Notes: generated by a model from the letters alone, not told the origin. A DNA stretch of 64,000 nucleotides from an uncultured bacterium (GCA_966250335.1 CBINGZ010000001.1:129010-193009), one strand, 5' to 3'; positions 22,554 through 33,750 are shown, numbered from the stretch's first letter. Made by a program: numbers and translations.

Positions 22554-25364
22554 ATGTCGCCGCTTTTCCGCAGCCTTCACAGAGCATTCGAGCGCCACGC
22601 GCATCCGCGTCGTGTCGCGATCCTTCTCGTCATCTTCCTCGCCGCGGCCGCCGGCGCCCTTGCGCAGACCGGCACCCTCACCGGACGGGTGACCGAGGAG
22701 GGGACGGGAACGCCCCTCTCCGGCGCCACGATCCGCATCCTGGGGAGCGACGCCACCACCCGGCAGAGCGGCGCCATCAGCAGAACCGACGGCACCTATA
22801 CCGTCAGGGGGATCACGCCGGGACGGTACACGGTGCTGGTCACCTACATCAGCTACGCGTCGTTCGAGAAGAAGGATGTGGAGATCACGGCGGGAGGGAC
22901 CGTCACCGTCGACGCCGTTCTCCGTCCGCAGGTCCTGGGGGGGAACGAGATCGTGGTCTCGGCGTCGCGCCGTCCGGAGAAGGAGACCGAGGCTCCCGCC
23001 TCCGTTTCGGTGATCAGCGCGCGGGAGATCCAGGAGCGCCCCGCCCTCACGCCGATCGATCATGTGCGGGGGGTACAGGGGGTCGATATCGTGCAGTCCG
23101 GCCTGACACAGAACAATGTCGTGACGCGAGGATTCAACAACGTCTTCAGCGGCATGCTGACGACCCTTACCGACAACCGGACCGCCAGCGTCCCCTCGCT
23201 GCGGGTCAACGCCTACAACTTCATCCCGCTGGTCAACGAGGATATCCAGCAGATGGAGATCATCCGCGGGCCCGCCTCGGCGCTCTACGGACCGAACGCC
23301 TCCAACGGCGTGCTCCATATCATCACCCGTTCTCCCTTCTCCTCGGCCGGCACATGGCTCTCCCTGGCCGGCGGTGAACGGAGCGTGCTGCAGGGGATGT
23401 TCCGTCATGCCGGGACGATCGGCGACAACTTCGGCTACAAGATCTCCGGACAGTATATGAGCGGCGACGACTGGGAGTTCACCGATACCGCCGAGGTCTC
23501 CGCCCGGGCCGCCGCGCTCGCTGAACCGGGAGTGAACCCGGACACGCTGAAGATCGGTGTGCGAGACAACGCGATCCGACGGGCGGGAGGAGAGCTGCGG
23601 CTCGATTATATCCCGATGGAGGATATGACGGCGATCCTGGCGATCGGCCGGAACCAGGCGATCAACAACGTCGACCTCACCGGCGTCGGCGCGGCGCAGG
23701 TGAAGGACTGGAGCTACACCTACTATCAGCTCCGCCTTCTCTACAAGGATCTCTTCGTTCAGGGCTTCTTCAACCAGAGCGACGCGGGGAAGACCTACCT
23801 GCTCCGGACCGGCGCGCCGATCGTCGACAGGTCAAACCTCTTCGTGGCGCAGGCGCAGCATACCTACTCCCTGGCCGACGACGTGGCGCGGCTGACCTAC
23901 GGCCTCGACCTTCAGCTCACCAACCCCGTCACCGACTCCACGATCAACGGCTCCAACGAGGGGAAGGATGGGATCACGGAGATCGGCGCCTACGCGCAGG
24001 GAGATATCAAGCTGATCGCCGATCTGCTCAATCTGGTGGCGGCGGTCCGGGTCGACAAGCACAGCAGCCTGAGCGATCCGGTCCTCTCGCCGCGCGCCGC
24101 CCTGGTCTTCTCGCCGATCAAGGATCAGACGTTCCGCTTCACCTACAACCGCGCCTTCAGCGCCCCCACGACCAACGAACTCTTCATGGATATCGTGGCG
24201 CAGACGACGCCGGTCTTCGACGTGCGGGCGAGCGGCGTGCCGGAAACAGGCTTCTCCTTCAGGTTCGACCCGCAGGGGAACCCCTACATGCACTCGACGC
24301 TCGCCCCCGACCCGCGCGCTCCGCTCCCGATCGCCGACGTCCATCTGGCGTGGGAGGGGGTGAAACGGCTGATGAAGACGAGCCTCCCCGACTCTCTCCA
24401 TCCCTTCGTCGATCAGATTCCGGCTCCGCCGGCCGGGGTGGTGAGGCCGGAGCTGCGGATCGTCAACCCGGAGACGGGGCTCTTCGATCCCTACGACCTG
24501 AGAAGGCTCACGAGCCGCGAGCCGGTGGAACCGACCATCACCTCCACACTGGAGCTCGGCTACAAGGGGACGATCGCGGAGAGGATCTCTCTCAGCATCG
24601 ACCTTTACAGATCGCACTACGAGAATTTCGTCGGTCCGCTGGAGGTGATCACCCCCACGGTCTTCATGGAACAGTCGTCGCTCCAGGAATATCTTCGTCA
24701 GATATTGATCCAGGGAGGGATGACCGATTCGGCGGCGGCCCTGCAGGCTGCATACTTCGCGCCGAGAGTCTCCGGCATTCCCTCCTTCTCCTCCGAGTTC
24801 ATCGGCGTGCCGATCGGAACCGTCTCCGCGGAGCAGGCCGCCGACCCGACCGCCGTGATGCTGACGTTCCGCAACTACGGCGAGATCACCCTCTACGGCT
24901 ACGACATCGGCCTGCAGGTGGGGATCACCGAGGAGATCGGCGCCGGCGCAACGGTATCGTATGTCGATAAGAATTTCATCCCCGACCTGGACGGCATCTC
25001 CGATCTCTCCCTGAACGCCCCGAAATTCAAGTACGCTCTGATGGCCGAATACCGCAGCGCCGAGCATGGGCTTGCCGTCAACGCCCGCTTCCGCCATGTG
25101 GACGGGTTCAAGATCAACTCCGGCGTCTACATCGGGGGAGTCCCCGGGTTCTCCACGTTCGATCTCAACATCGACTATCGTATTCCGTTCGTGGAGGGAT
25201 TGAACTTCTCCCTCACCGCCCAGAACCTTCTCACATGGGTCGAGAAGAAGGAGCCGGGAGCGACCGAAAGCAGCTACGAGAGCGCCGACGGGCACGCGGA
25301 GTTCTTCGGCACGGCGGAGATCGGACGGCTGGTGCTGGGGCGGCTGTCGTATTCGTTCAGGTAG
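22554..25364 (+). CDS. TonB-dependent outer-membrane receptor with N-terminal carboxypeptidase-regulatory-like domain
   Basis: Signal peptide; CarboxypepD_reg-like GTLTGRVTEEGTGTPLSGATIRI; plug domain (TEAPASVSVISAREIQERPALTPIDHVRGVQGV); C-terminal barrel ending ...RLSYSFR. Confidence 0.8.
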   Translation: MSPLFRSLHRAFERHAHPRRVAILLVIFLAAAAGALAQTGTLTGRVTEEGTGTPLSGATIRILGSDATTRQSGAISRTDGTYTVRGITPGRYTVLVTYISYASFEKKDVEITAGGTVTVDAVLRPQVLGGNEIVVSASRRPEKETEAPASVSVISAREIQERPALTPIDHVRGVQGVDIVQSGLTQNNVVTRGFNNVFSGMLTTLTDNRTASVPSLRVNAYNFIPLVNEDIQQMEIIRGPASALYGPNASNGVLHIITRSPFSSAGTWLSLAGGERSVLQGMFRHAGTIGDNFGYKISGQYMSGDDWEFTDTAEVSARAAALAEPGVNPDTLKIGVRDNAIRRAGGELRLDYIPMEDMTAILAIGRNQAINNVDLTGVGAAQVKDWSYTYYQLRLLYKDLFVQGFFNQSDAGKTYLLRTGAPIVDRSNLFVAQAQHTYSLADDVARLTYGLDLQLTNPVTDSTINGSNEGKDGITEIGAYAQGDIKLIADLLNLVAAVRVDKHSSLSDPVLSPRAALVFSPIKDQTFRFTYNRAFSAPTTNELFMDIVAQTTPVFDVRASGVPETGFSFRFDPQGNPYMHSTLAPDPRAPLPIADVHLAWEGVKRLMKTSLPDSLHPFVDQIPAPPAGVVRPELRIVNPETGLFDPYDLRRLTSREPVEPTITSTLELGYKGTIAERISLSIDLYRSHYENFVGPLEVITPTVFMEQSSLQEYLRQILIQGGMTDSAAALQAAYFAPRVSGIPSFSSEFIGVPIGTVSAEQAADPTAVMLTFRNYGEITLYGYDIGLQVGITEEIGAGATVSYVDKNFIPDLDGISDLSLNAPKFKYALMAEYRSAEHGLAVNARFRHVDGFKINSGVYIGGVPGFSTFDLNIDYRIPFVEGLNFSLTAQNLLTWVEKKEPGATESSYESADGHAEFFGTAEIGRLVLGRLSYSFR

Positions 25365-25430
25365 GGGGGATGGGGATCGCGGCGACGCTTCGGGAATCTC
25401 GGCGACCTTCCGGCGGTTAGGATAATCGCT

Positions 25431-25748
25431 ATGTATTACTTCACATTCCTCGCGAAGCCGAAGCGGTCCAGTCCCAAGCGGTTCGATTACGGAGGAGCCT
25501 TCGTCCATTGCTGGGTGAACGTCCACAACCAGCTGGAGGCCGAGCAGTCCGCGCGCACGAACATCGACGGGTACGGATGGCAGGTAGAATCGCTCGAGAC
25601 ATCGGGCAATGTGTCGCGTGACCATTACGGCCATGACGACGAAGCGCTGCGTCACTTCACCCAGGCCGAGCACGACGGTCACTGCGTCGTCTTCGAGACC
25701 TGGTCTCCCGAAGCCGAAGAGGGGGTGGATCAGGCCGAAATGATATAA
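25431..25748 (+). CDS. Hypothetical small protein
   Basis: ORF only. Confidence 0.3.
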   Translation: MYYFTFLAKPKRSSPKRFDYGGAFVHCWVNVHNQLEAEQSARTNIDGYGWQVESLETSGNVSRDHYGHDDEALRHFTQAEHDGHCVVFETWSPEAEEGVDQAEMI

Positions 25749-25960
25749 TCGTCCGGGCACGCGGTTGTCGCTTCCACATCCGGTCGGTTTTGCTAGATTC
25801 GCCTCCCCCCCGTCGGGCCGATCCCCCCTGATGACCCGGAGCGGGCTCACATCGTTCATCCATCAGCAGCCGAGGGGACCGGCGTCATGCGTCAGCGATC
25901 GGATCGCGGCGGGACATCAGGCGGGATTTCGGAACCCAGGCGACATCAATAACCGGAACA

Positions 25961-26461
25961 ATGGCAGAAGAGCAACAGGACGGAGTCCTCATTCGATTCG
26001 ACTCGGTCGATACACTCATGTTCTCGGCGCGGCAGTTGTTTGACAACACCGCCGCCCAGGGTGAGTCGATCGGATTCAATCTCAACATGAAGATGGGGAT
26101 GCTGGACGAGCCGCGAAGCATCGTCCCGATCATCATCGAAGTGACGGCCAACGAGCCGAACGTCGCCGAGCCGCTGGCGAAGATCGCGGCGCGCTCCAAC
26201 TTTCAGATCACCGGCATCGAGCGGTTCAAGAGCGACGAGGGATACAGCATCCCCGGCGAACTGCTGGAACTGCTGATCACGAACGCCTACGCCACGACCC
26301 GCGGCCTCCTTCTGGCCCGCGGCGCCGGAACGGTGGTGGAGACCCTGATCCTTCCGATCCTCAGCTCGGCCCAGCTCATGGGAATCTTCACCGGCAACCA
26401 GCAGGGAGGCGAAGCCCCCGCGCCGGCTCCTCCTCCGGAGATCCCGACCTACGAAATCTGA
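25961..26461 (+). CDS. Hypothetical protein
   Basis: ORF only; antisense 238-aa ORF judged shadow. Confidence 0.3.
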   Translation: MAEEQQDGVLIRFDSVDTLMFSARQLFDNTAAQGESIGFNLNMKMGMLDEPRSIVPIIIEVTANEPNVAEPLAKIAARSNFQITGIERFKSDEGYSIPGELLELLITNAYATTRGLLLARGAGTVVETLILPILSSAQLMGIFTGNQQGGEAPAPAPPPEIPTYEI

Positions 26462-26664
26462 TCCGGCACACGCTCCCGCACCGGCTCGATCGGCCGGTGC
26501 GGGAACTGCCCTCCCTTCCCCGATTCTCCCCTCCCGCTTCCCGATCCGATTCCTTCCGTTCTCCCCGAAATAAATCTTCGGTCCCGGGTGAGAACTTTTC
26601 ACCGCTGTCGTGTCATTAGACACGGGGATGCACTGTTCCCGACGACTTCCCGGAGAACACACGC

Positions 26665-27240
26665 TTGATAGCGACGACCTTGCAACCGGCTACACAAGAC
26701 GACCGGACGCTCCTTGAACGAGCGAGTGCGGGTGATCATACCGCGTTCAGCGTTCTGTTCGAACGGTACAAGTCGGGCGTCTACCGCTTCTGCGTGCTGA
26801 TGCTGGGGGACAGGGCTTCCGCGGAGGATATCTATCAGGAGGTCTTCCTTAATTTCTACAAGGCCTGCCGCAACGGCGACCAGGTACGGAATGTGCGGAA
26901 CTACCTGATCACGGCCGCGCGCAACCGCTGCCTGAACTCGATCCGCCTGACGCGTCGCCACACGACCCTGGACGATTCTCCCGTCCTGTCGTACGATCAC
27001 GACGTTACTATCAGCGATACCGGAGAGCATCTCCAGAACGCGCTGATGCAGATTCATCCGCAGTATCGCGAGGCCTTCCTGCTGTTCGAGCTGGAGGGTT
27101 ATTCGTATGAAGAGATCTGCGAGCAGCTGCAGATAGGGAAAACGGTGGTACGAAACCGGATCTATCGCGCAAAACAGGCGCTCCAGAAGATTCTTCGTCC
27201 GCTGCTGCGGGACGACGACGACGAACAGGCGGTGAACTGA
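26665..27240 (+). CDS. RNA polymerase ECF-type sigma-70 factor
   Basis: Region 2 (YRFCVLMLGDRASAEDIYQEVFLNF) and region 4 (YREAFLLFELEGYSYEEICEQLQIGKTVVRNRIYRAKQAL). Confidence 0.85.
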   Translation: MIATTLQPATQDDRTLLERASAGDHTAFSVLFERYKSGVYRFCVLMLGDRASAEDIYQEVFLNFYKACRNGDQVRNVRNYLITAARNRCLNSIRLTRRHTTLDDSPVLSYDHDVTISDTGEHLQNALMQIHPQYREAFLLFELEGYSYEEICEQLQIGKTVVRNRIYRAKQALQKILRPLLRDDDDEQAVN

Positions 27241-27243
27241 AGA

Positions 27244-28518
27244 ATGAATATCCACGAACAGATCATAGCTCTCCTGAACGGAGAGATGACCGACGAGACG
27301 CAGGTATCGGAGCTGATGCACGTGCTGGCCGTCTCCCCGGAGAAGCGGGAGCTGCTGGTGGAGCAGGTGCGGATGACACGGGCATTCCAGAACATGGCGA
27401 CCGGCATCGCCCCTTCGCGCGCGGCCGACGCCGCGCTCTGGGAACAGATCGCCTCCGTCGACGCCGCCCTTCCGGCGCGGACTCCGGTCGCCCCGACACC
27501 TGTCGCCGGAACCCCGGCTCCGCTCCCCACGGGACTTCGCGCGGGAGCCGTGGGTCTGCTGGCCACGCTTCTTGTGGGGGCCGGAATCGGCGTCGGCTAC
27601 ATGATGTTCGGCGGGGATGGCTCGAACGCCCTTGCGGAGTCGACCCCGCGTCCCGCGGCCGTCGCCGCGCCGGTCGCTCCCGGTCTGAACGATTCGCTCC
27701 GCCTGCTCGGAACCCGCTACAGCGAACTGAACGGACGGTACGACCTCGCGATCCTGGAGATCGAGAAGCTGCGGAATCGTCCCGCCCCGAAGCCGGAGAT
27801 CCGCTACGTGACGATCGAGGTGCCGGTGGCAGCCGAACCCGCGGCGACCGTGACGGCGATGGAGACGGGACAGATCACGACGACCGACGAAGAGACGCCG
27901 GCACGTCTTCTGGCCGGACGCGACGCCACGACGCCGGCGATCGCTCCGCAGGAGACCCCCGTTTCGCTCCGGTCGCCGGGCCTCGACGCCGACGAGATGC
28001 GGGTGGAACGCGATCCGCTCTTCCAGGCGGGACTCCGGAACAATCTCCGCTATGCGGTCACCAAGGTCTACGGCCAGAACCGGCAGAACACCCTGACCGA
28101 CCGTGAGCTCTATCTCTCCATGAAGCTCTCGGGAGAGGGGAACGCCCTTTCGAACCTGAGGCTCGGGGTTGCGGGAGGTCAGACCGAATACTCCTTCATC
28201 GCCCACTCCAACACCGGCCAGGAGCGGAACGACACGATCTTCAAGCTGACCCGACTCCTCTGGTACGGACGCGGATACGTGGCGCCGCAGCTCTTCACAT
28301 GGGAACAGATGAACCTTGCGGGAGCGCTGGAGATAGGAGCGGGAGGGACGCAGATCGGGCCGTTCGGGACGGTCGGATTCAACCTGGAGTATATCCCCTC
28401 CGATTTCATCTCGGTCAATGTCGGCGTCTCCGCATGGCAGCTCTGGACGCAGATCCGGAATCAGACGAACACGAGCACGAACCTGAACGCATATTGGGGA
28501 GCAGCCGTCCGATTCTGA
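27244..28518 (+). CDS. Putative anti-sigma factor (single TM, large C-terminal domain)
   Basis: Begins 4 nt after sigma gene; N-terminal anti-sigma-like helix, TM AVGLLATLLVGAGIGVGYMMF, Pro/Ala-rich linker. Confidence 0.5.
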   Translation: MNIHEQIIALLNGEMTDETQVSELMHVLAVSPEKRELLVEQVRMTRAFQNMATGIAPSRAADAALWEQIASVDAALPARTPVAPTPVAGTPAPLPTGLRAGAVGLLATLLVGAGIGVGYMMFGGDGSNALAESTPRPAAVAAPVAPGLNDSLRLLGTRYSELNGRYDLAILEIEKLRNRPAPKPEIRYVTIEVPVAAEPAATVTAMETGQITTTDEETPARLLAGRDATTPAIAPQETPVSLRSPGLDADEMRVERDPLFQAGLRNNLRYAVTKVYGQNRQNTLTDRELYLSMKLSGEGNALSNLRLGVAGGQTEYSFIAHSNTGQERNDTIFKLTRLLWYGRGYVAPQLFTWEQMNLAGALEIGAGGTQIGPFGTVGFNLEYIPSDFISVNVGVSAWQLWTQIRNQTNTSTNLNAYWGAAVRF

Positions 28519-28655
28519 TGCAACTATATTTCGATCGATGTGTTATGTGAAACGATGTGACTAATCCGTAACTTGCCTCCCGGCTCCATCCATTTAGGAG
28601 CATCCTCCCGCACGGGCAGGGGGCATTCAACCTGTCGAACTGACGCAGGTGGTTT

Positions 28656-29276
28656 ATGAGGCTGTATCGACCTCACATACTCCTCGAGTGGTTCATCCTC
28701 GGCATCCTCTGCGCCGTGGGGTTGAGCGCGTGTGTAGATCCGCTGGACACCGGCGACGAGGTCACGGAGACCATAAGCCACGACGAGTGGGTACGAACCG
28801 ACACCAAGTTCATTGCCGGACGGACCGATTCCGTCTACGCCTCGGTGGGCGAACGCACCGTGGCGTTCGGGAGCATGGTCACCCGCCCCAATTACCACAA
28901 CGGCTGCATCGACGGCGGCTACTACATCACGATTCAGGCGACGCACGACATAGGGAACAACACCTATGAAAGCATGTCGCTCCGTCTGGACGACATCCGT
29001 GACACCGGGGTCTACAAGATCTACGGGCTCTTCACGGCCCCGAAGGACGGCATCGATACGACCGCCCCGGCCTACTACGGCGCCACCTACGAACGAAGGA
29101 TAGAGGGGTCGACGGAATCGTACGAGGCAAGGAATCTGCAGGGTGAAATCCATATCCTCAGCATCGATCGGGAGATCGGTCTGATCATCGGCACGTTCTG
29201 GTTCAGCGCCTACGACACCGTCAGCAACACGACGATCACCGTCAGCAAAGGCACCTTCCGCATTCGCATAAAGTAG
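28656..29276 (+). CDS. Hypothetical lipoprotein
   Basis: Lipobox ILCAVGLSAC; hairpin downstream (29279-29312). Confidence 0.4.
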   Translation: MRLYRPHILLEWFILGILCAVGLSACVDPLDTGDEVTETISHDEWVRTDTKFIAGRTDSVYASVGERTVAFGSMVTRPNYHNGCIDGGYYITIQATHDIGNNTYESMSLRLDDIRDTGVYKIYGLFTAPKDGIDTTAPAYYGATYERRIEGSTESYEARNLQGEIHILSIDREIGLIIGTFWFSAYDTVSNTTITVSKGTFRIRIK

Positions 29277-29540
29277 CGCCGAAGTCCGCCGCAGGGCGGA
29301 ATATCGGCATGCGACATCCCAGGTCCGCACAACCACCTATTTTCCGACCGAGCATACGCCGAGTGAGAACTAGCACGGATATTGTTGTCTTAGGGTAGTG
29401 GAGAGATTGTCAGGGTCGACACTCTCTCGTAAAGGTGACCAGCCTCCGTCTCGATGATATCCGCGAATGCTCCGATCCGTGAACGAACGTCCTTCCGGTC
29501 GTTTCGTCCCCCGGGCATACGTCATAATGCCTGTCGAATA

Positions 29541-31207
29541 ATGGTGAACACGAAGCGCAGAACGATCCGAACAGTGACCCGACTATTGAATATCATAGCC
29601 CGAACCGTTCTTCCCTCCGCACTCCGCGCGGTTCCCGCTCTTCTTGCCGTCGGGACGATTCTTCTTTCTTCCTCCGGCACGGCATGGGGGCAGGGGGATG
29701 CAGATTCCCTCAAGTCGAGCAGACTCAGCAACATCGATTTCGTCGTCACCAACAACGGCATCTTCGGATACGATACTGAACAGCATACGGCCGGATTCAA
29801 GGCGCGCGGAGCAGACAAGAAGCGGTACATGTTCGGCAGCGGCCTCTGGTTCGGCGCACGCAAGATCGTGCGCGACAGAATGCAGTCGCTTGTCTTCTAC
29901 ACCTACAACCCCTTCTCCAGCAACAGCTCGGCGACGCCGGGCGAACGGCTGACAAGCCATGACTACGGTCCGGCGACGGTCTATCATTCGGTGGAGCACG
30001 ACCGCTTCGACGGCTCGGCGCCGAACGACACCGGGTTCGGTCCGGCGTGGCCCCTCTGGCTCCTTCCCGACCAGTTCTACGCCAGCCCGCTCTCTCCCGG
30101 CACGTTCGAACCGCGCCTCCTGCGGCGGACGTTCAATCCCTACATAAAGCCCGCCTTCGTCGGGGAAGCGGACGAACAGTTCGTAACGCGATATCATGAC
30201 GGCGATCTCTCGCGCTATGAGATCGGTATGTCGGATGCGATCGCGCGCGGCTATCCGCTCGGCCTCCAGATCCAGCAGAATGTCTACTCGTGGGGAAGAG
30301 AGGGATTGCAGGATATCATCATCGTGCAGTACCAGATCATCAACACCTCCACCGATACCCTCTTCGACTGCGCGGCCGCCCAGTTGTCCGATCCCGATAT
30401 CGGCGAGAACAACAAGAACGACAACGCGACCTTCTACCACGGCGGCGAGGAGCTGCGGGCGGCATACGCATGGAGCAGTCCCGAAGGGGATACCCCCCTC
30501 GGAGCCCTCGCGATCATCCTCCTCGAAGCCCCGATGACCCGCCCCCCCGGCTGGGTCGACAACAGCCTGCGGAGGAACTACAAGATTCAGGGAAGAACCG
30601 GCACCTTCTCAACCTGGAAACGCCGCGACTCGCAGATCTACCCCGTCACCGATCAGGAACGATACGACCTCCTGACCAACGGAGAACTCGATGCCGACAG
30701 CGCCGAGGGGGATATGCATCTGCTGATGGCCTCCAGAACGTTCGACATGAAGCCGGGAGATACCGCCCACTTCGCGATCGCCTATGCCCTGCTCGATACC
30801 GTCCCCAGCCGGACGAACGGCGGCAGCTCCCATTCGGAGCTGGCGAAGGCAAGCGTGGAGCCGCAGCTTGCGACCCTCGTCTCGCTGATACGTGATCTCT
30901 ACTACTACACGGGCCCGATCATGAGCGATGCTCCCGAGGTCGAAACGGGAGGTCGTAAAACCTCGATCACCCCAACCCCGCGCGCGGCCAGACCGTGATC
31001 CGCTACGGAGTGGAGAGCCCCTCGCAGGTGACGGTCAGGGTCCGCAACACGCTCGGCGAGACCGTCGAGACGGTCGACGCCGGGATGCGCGAGACGGGCT
31101 CGCATGAGCTCCTTCTCGACGTAACATCCCTCGACTCAGGCGTGTATGTTGTCGAAGTGAATGCGGGAGAGGGACGAGAGATCATGAAACTTGTCGTGGC
31201 AAAATAG
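29541..31207 (+). pseudogene. T9SS-secreted hypothetical protein, frameshifted near 30957 (A4 homopolymer) so that the C-terminal sorting domain is in a different frame
   Basis: Signal peptide MVNTKRRTIRTVTRLLNIIARTVLPSALRAVPALLAVG; main frame stops at 30998; the -1 frame from 30959 reads NLDHPNPAAGQTVIRYGVESPSQVTVRV...KLVVAK = canonical T9SS CTD; rho-independent terminator follows at 31232. Confidence 0.55.
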
Positions 31208-31231
31208 CCGACCACCCACCGATCGGACTGA

Positions 31232-31265
31232 AAGCGCGCCTGAGAACGGGCGCGCTTTTTTTTGG
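31232..31265 (+). terminator. Rho-independent terminator (AGCGCGCC-tgagaac-GGGCGCGCT followed by T9)
   Basis: Seen directly. Confidence 0.7.
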
Positions 31266-31517
31266 CGGGTCGGGGGATCGAGGAAGGTCGCGGTCGGCTG
31301 CGGAGCCGTCGCAGCCCAGGGGACACGGCGGGCTCGTAACCTATCCCGGGCCTTGCGGCACTTCCAGTTGTACGGCGGCAGATCTGCACGCGTCGAGGTA
31401 GTGAAGGTCGGGGGTTTCCCGCTCTTCCTCCTCGACGCGCAATCCTGTTTCCTCTGCTCCGTCTTCCACGCCGATCCGCGAGTTACGCTCTTCAGAAACC
31501 TTGCAGCCCAGTTGCCC

Positions 31518-32294
31518 ATGAACCCCCGTTCCATTCTTACCGTTCTCTCGCTTGTCGTGGCCGGAATCTGGTCTTCCGGTTGTTCCGAGGATCCCTCGGA
31601 GCCGGCCGTTCCCGATACGACCCCCACGGCGCTTCATCTCAGATTCGTGCCGACCTTCGGCGCCGATTCGCTCAGGACCGACAGGTCCTACACAACCGTC
31701 GCCGGCGAAAGCGTGAAGTTCACAACCCTCCAGTGCTACATCTCAGGGATCGCCCTGGTCGCCGAGGATGGCACGGAAGTCCCGATCGACACGATCCGAC
31801 TGATCGATCTGCTGGAGCCGGACACCCAGACGACCCCGGTGATCTCCGACTCGGTCAAGCCCGGCACGTACAGGTCGATCCGCTTCCGTATCGGTGTTCC
31901 CGAAAGCGAGAACCACAAGGACGCGGCCACCCAGGACTACCCCCTGGGCCCCAACAGCGGCATGTACTGGTCATGGGCGACGGGATATATCTTCCATAAG
32001 ATCCATGGACGGGTCGATTCCGCCGGCACGGAGGTCTCCTTCGCCTATCATGTAGGCCAGGATGAGCGGATGGTGGAGATCACACTGGATAAGACCTTCA
32101 CCGTCAAGGCGAGGGAAGCGCACACGGTGAGAGTAAACGTCGACTACGCGAAACTCTTCACGACCGGATTGAACGGAACCGACCCGCTGAAGCCCGGCGC
32201 GGTCCCGTCGGAACGGATGCATCATGTAGGCCCCAAGGAGCTGGCCGACCGCATCTCGGCGAACACCAGGCTTATGTACAACCCAGGGAACTGA
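31518..32294 (+). CDS. MbnP-like lipoprotein (partner of MbnH-like di-heme peroxidase; 'metallo-mystery pair' type)
   Basis: Lipobox GIWSSGCS; motif GMYWSWATGYIFHKIHG resembling the conserved Trp-rich copper-site region of MbnP; immediately upstream of di-heme CCP gene. Confidence 0.45.
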   Translation: MNPRSILTVLSLVVAGIWSSGCSEDPSEPAVPDTTPTALHLRFVPTFGADSLRTDRSYTTVAGESVKFTTLQCYISGIALVAEDGTEVPIDTIRLIDLLEPDTQTTPVISDSVKPGTYRSIRFRIGVPESENHKDAATQDYPLGPNSGMYWSWATGYIFHKIHGRVDSAGTEVSFAYHVGQDERMVEITLDKTFTVKAREAHTVRVNVDYAKLFTTGLNGTDPLKPGAVPSERMHHVGPKELADRISANTRLMYNPGN

Positions 32295-32311
32295 GCGGGG
32301 ATCGTATCGCA

Positions 32312-33343
32312 ATGCTGACCTTTCGTTCCATCATCGCCTCCCTCTTCGCTCTGGCGCTCCTGTCGGGGTGCTCCGATGTTTCGGGCGTCGTCGAAAACCC
32401 CGACGACGTCCTGAAGCCCCCGGCAGGGTTCCCCGCGATCGCCGTTCCCGCCGACAATCCCTACAGCGCGGCAAAGGCCGAGCTCGGACGACGTCTCTTC
32501 TACGATACACGCCTCAGCCGCGACTACTCGGTCTCGTGCGGATCGTGCCACCGGCAGGAACATGCCTTCACCGACGCCTCGGCGCTCAGCAGCGGGTTCG
32601 AGGGACGTATCGGATCGCGCAACGCCATGACCCTGACGAACGTCGCCTACAACACCTCGTTCTTCTGGGACGGCGGCGTGCCGACCCTGGAACAGCAGGC
32701 GATCGCCCCGATCATCCATCCCGACGAGATGAACATGCACACCGACACACTGGTCACCCGGCTCCGGTCGGCGCCGGTCTATGCCGAGCTCTTCGCGAAG
32801 GCATGGGGGACGTCGGACATCTCGCTCGAGCGGATCACCAGGTCGATCGCGACCTTCGAGCGCCGCCTGCTCAGCTCCGAATCAGGGTACGACAAATGGA
32901 AGCGGGGAGACTGGGACGCCATGTCGGGAGCGGCCGTGCGCGGCTCCGAGCTCTTCTTCGGGGAGAAGGGGGATTGCTTCCACTGCCATGGAAGCTTCAA
33001 CTTCTCCGACAACATGTTCCACAACAATGCGATAGATTCCATATCGACCGGCGACGAGGGACGATTCAAACTGACTCAGCGCTCCTCCGATATGGGAAGC
33101 TTCCGCACGCCGACCCTGCGCAACGTGGCGCTGACCGGCCCCTACATGCATGACGGACGCTTCGCGACGCTGGAGGAGGTGGTGCGTCATTACAACTCCG
33201 GGGGAAAACCTCATCCCAGCCGTGACGCGCTGATGCGTCCTCTTGGGCTTACCCCCCGGGAGGAGGAGGATCTGGTGGAGTTCCTGAAGGCGCTGACCGA
33301 CCCTGCCTTCCTTTCCGACACATCACTCTCCGATCCATGGTAG
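32312..33343 (+). CDS. Di-heme cytochrome c peroxidase family protein (MbnH/MauG-like)
   Basis: Two CxxCH haem motifs (CGSCH, CFHCH); lipobox LLSGCS; CCP-family conserved RTPTLRNVALTGPYMHDGRF. Confidence 0.8.
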   Translation: MLTFRSIIASLFALALLSGCSDVSGVVENPDDVLKPPAGFPAIAVPADNPYSAAKAELGRRLFYDTRLSRDYSVSCGSCHRQEHAFTDASALSSGFEGRIGSRNAMTLTNVAYNTSFFWDGGVPTLEQQAIAPIIHPDEMNMHTDTLVTRLRSAPVYAELFAKAWGTSDISLERITRSIATFERRLLSSESGYDKWKRGDWDAMSGAAVRGSELFFGEKGDCFHCHGSFNFSDNMFHNNAIDSISTGDEGRFKLTQRSSDMGSFRTPTLRNVALTGPYMHDGRFATLEEVVRHYNSGGKPHPSRDALMRPLGLTPREEEDLVEFLKALTDPAFLSDTSLSDPW

Positions 33344-33414
33344 GCGCGGAACAGACCCGCGCCTCCGGATCACGGCCCGCTTCAACAACCATTCCCACAA
33401 GGATTCACAGCACG

Positions 33415-33750
33415 ATGTCTCATTACTACGAGTCGAACGACCTTGGCCGTTTCGCCGACGTCGGCACGCACAACAGGGAACTGATGGACAAGTTCTTCGA
33501 GTACTACGGCATGGCGACCGGCGGCGACGGCGCCATCAGCAGGCGCGAGAAGCAGCTGATCGGCCTTGCCGTCGCCCACACCATCCAGTGCCCCTACTGC
33601 ATCGACGCCTACACCACCGGTTGCCTGGAAGCGGGCGCAGACCCCGCGCAGATGACCGAGGCGCTCCACGTGGCGGCGGCGGTTCGCGGCGGCTCGTCGC
33701 TCGTCCACGGCGTTCAGATGATCAACGTGCTGGAGAAGGTCGGCGCCTGA
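33415..33750 (+). CDS. AhpD-like/carboxymuconolactone decarboxylase family protein (arsenosugar-biosynthesis-associated peroxidase-like type)
   Basis: CMD-family signature GLAVAHTIQCPYCIDAYT (CxxC). Confidence 0.6.
   Translation: MSHYYESNDLGRFADVGTHNRELMDKFFEYYGMATGGDGAISRREKQLIGLAVAHTIQCPYCIDAYTTGCLEAGADPAQMTEALHVAAAVRGGSSLVHGVQMINVLEKVGA

Noticed and set aside
23832-28206. Long minus-strand ORFs (675 and 535 aa) opposite the TonB receptor and sigma/anti-sigma genes
   Set aside because: Shadow ORFs in high-GC DNA. The plus-strand genes have clear family motifs.
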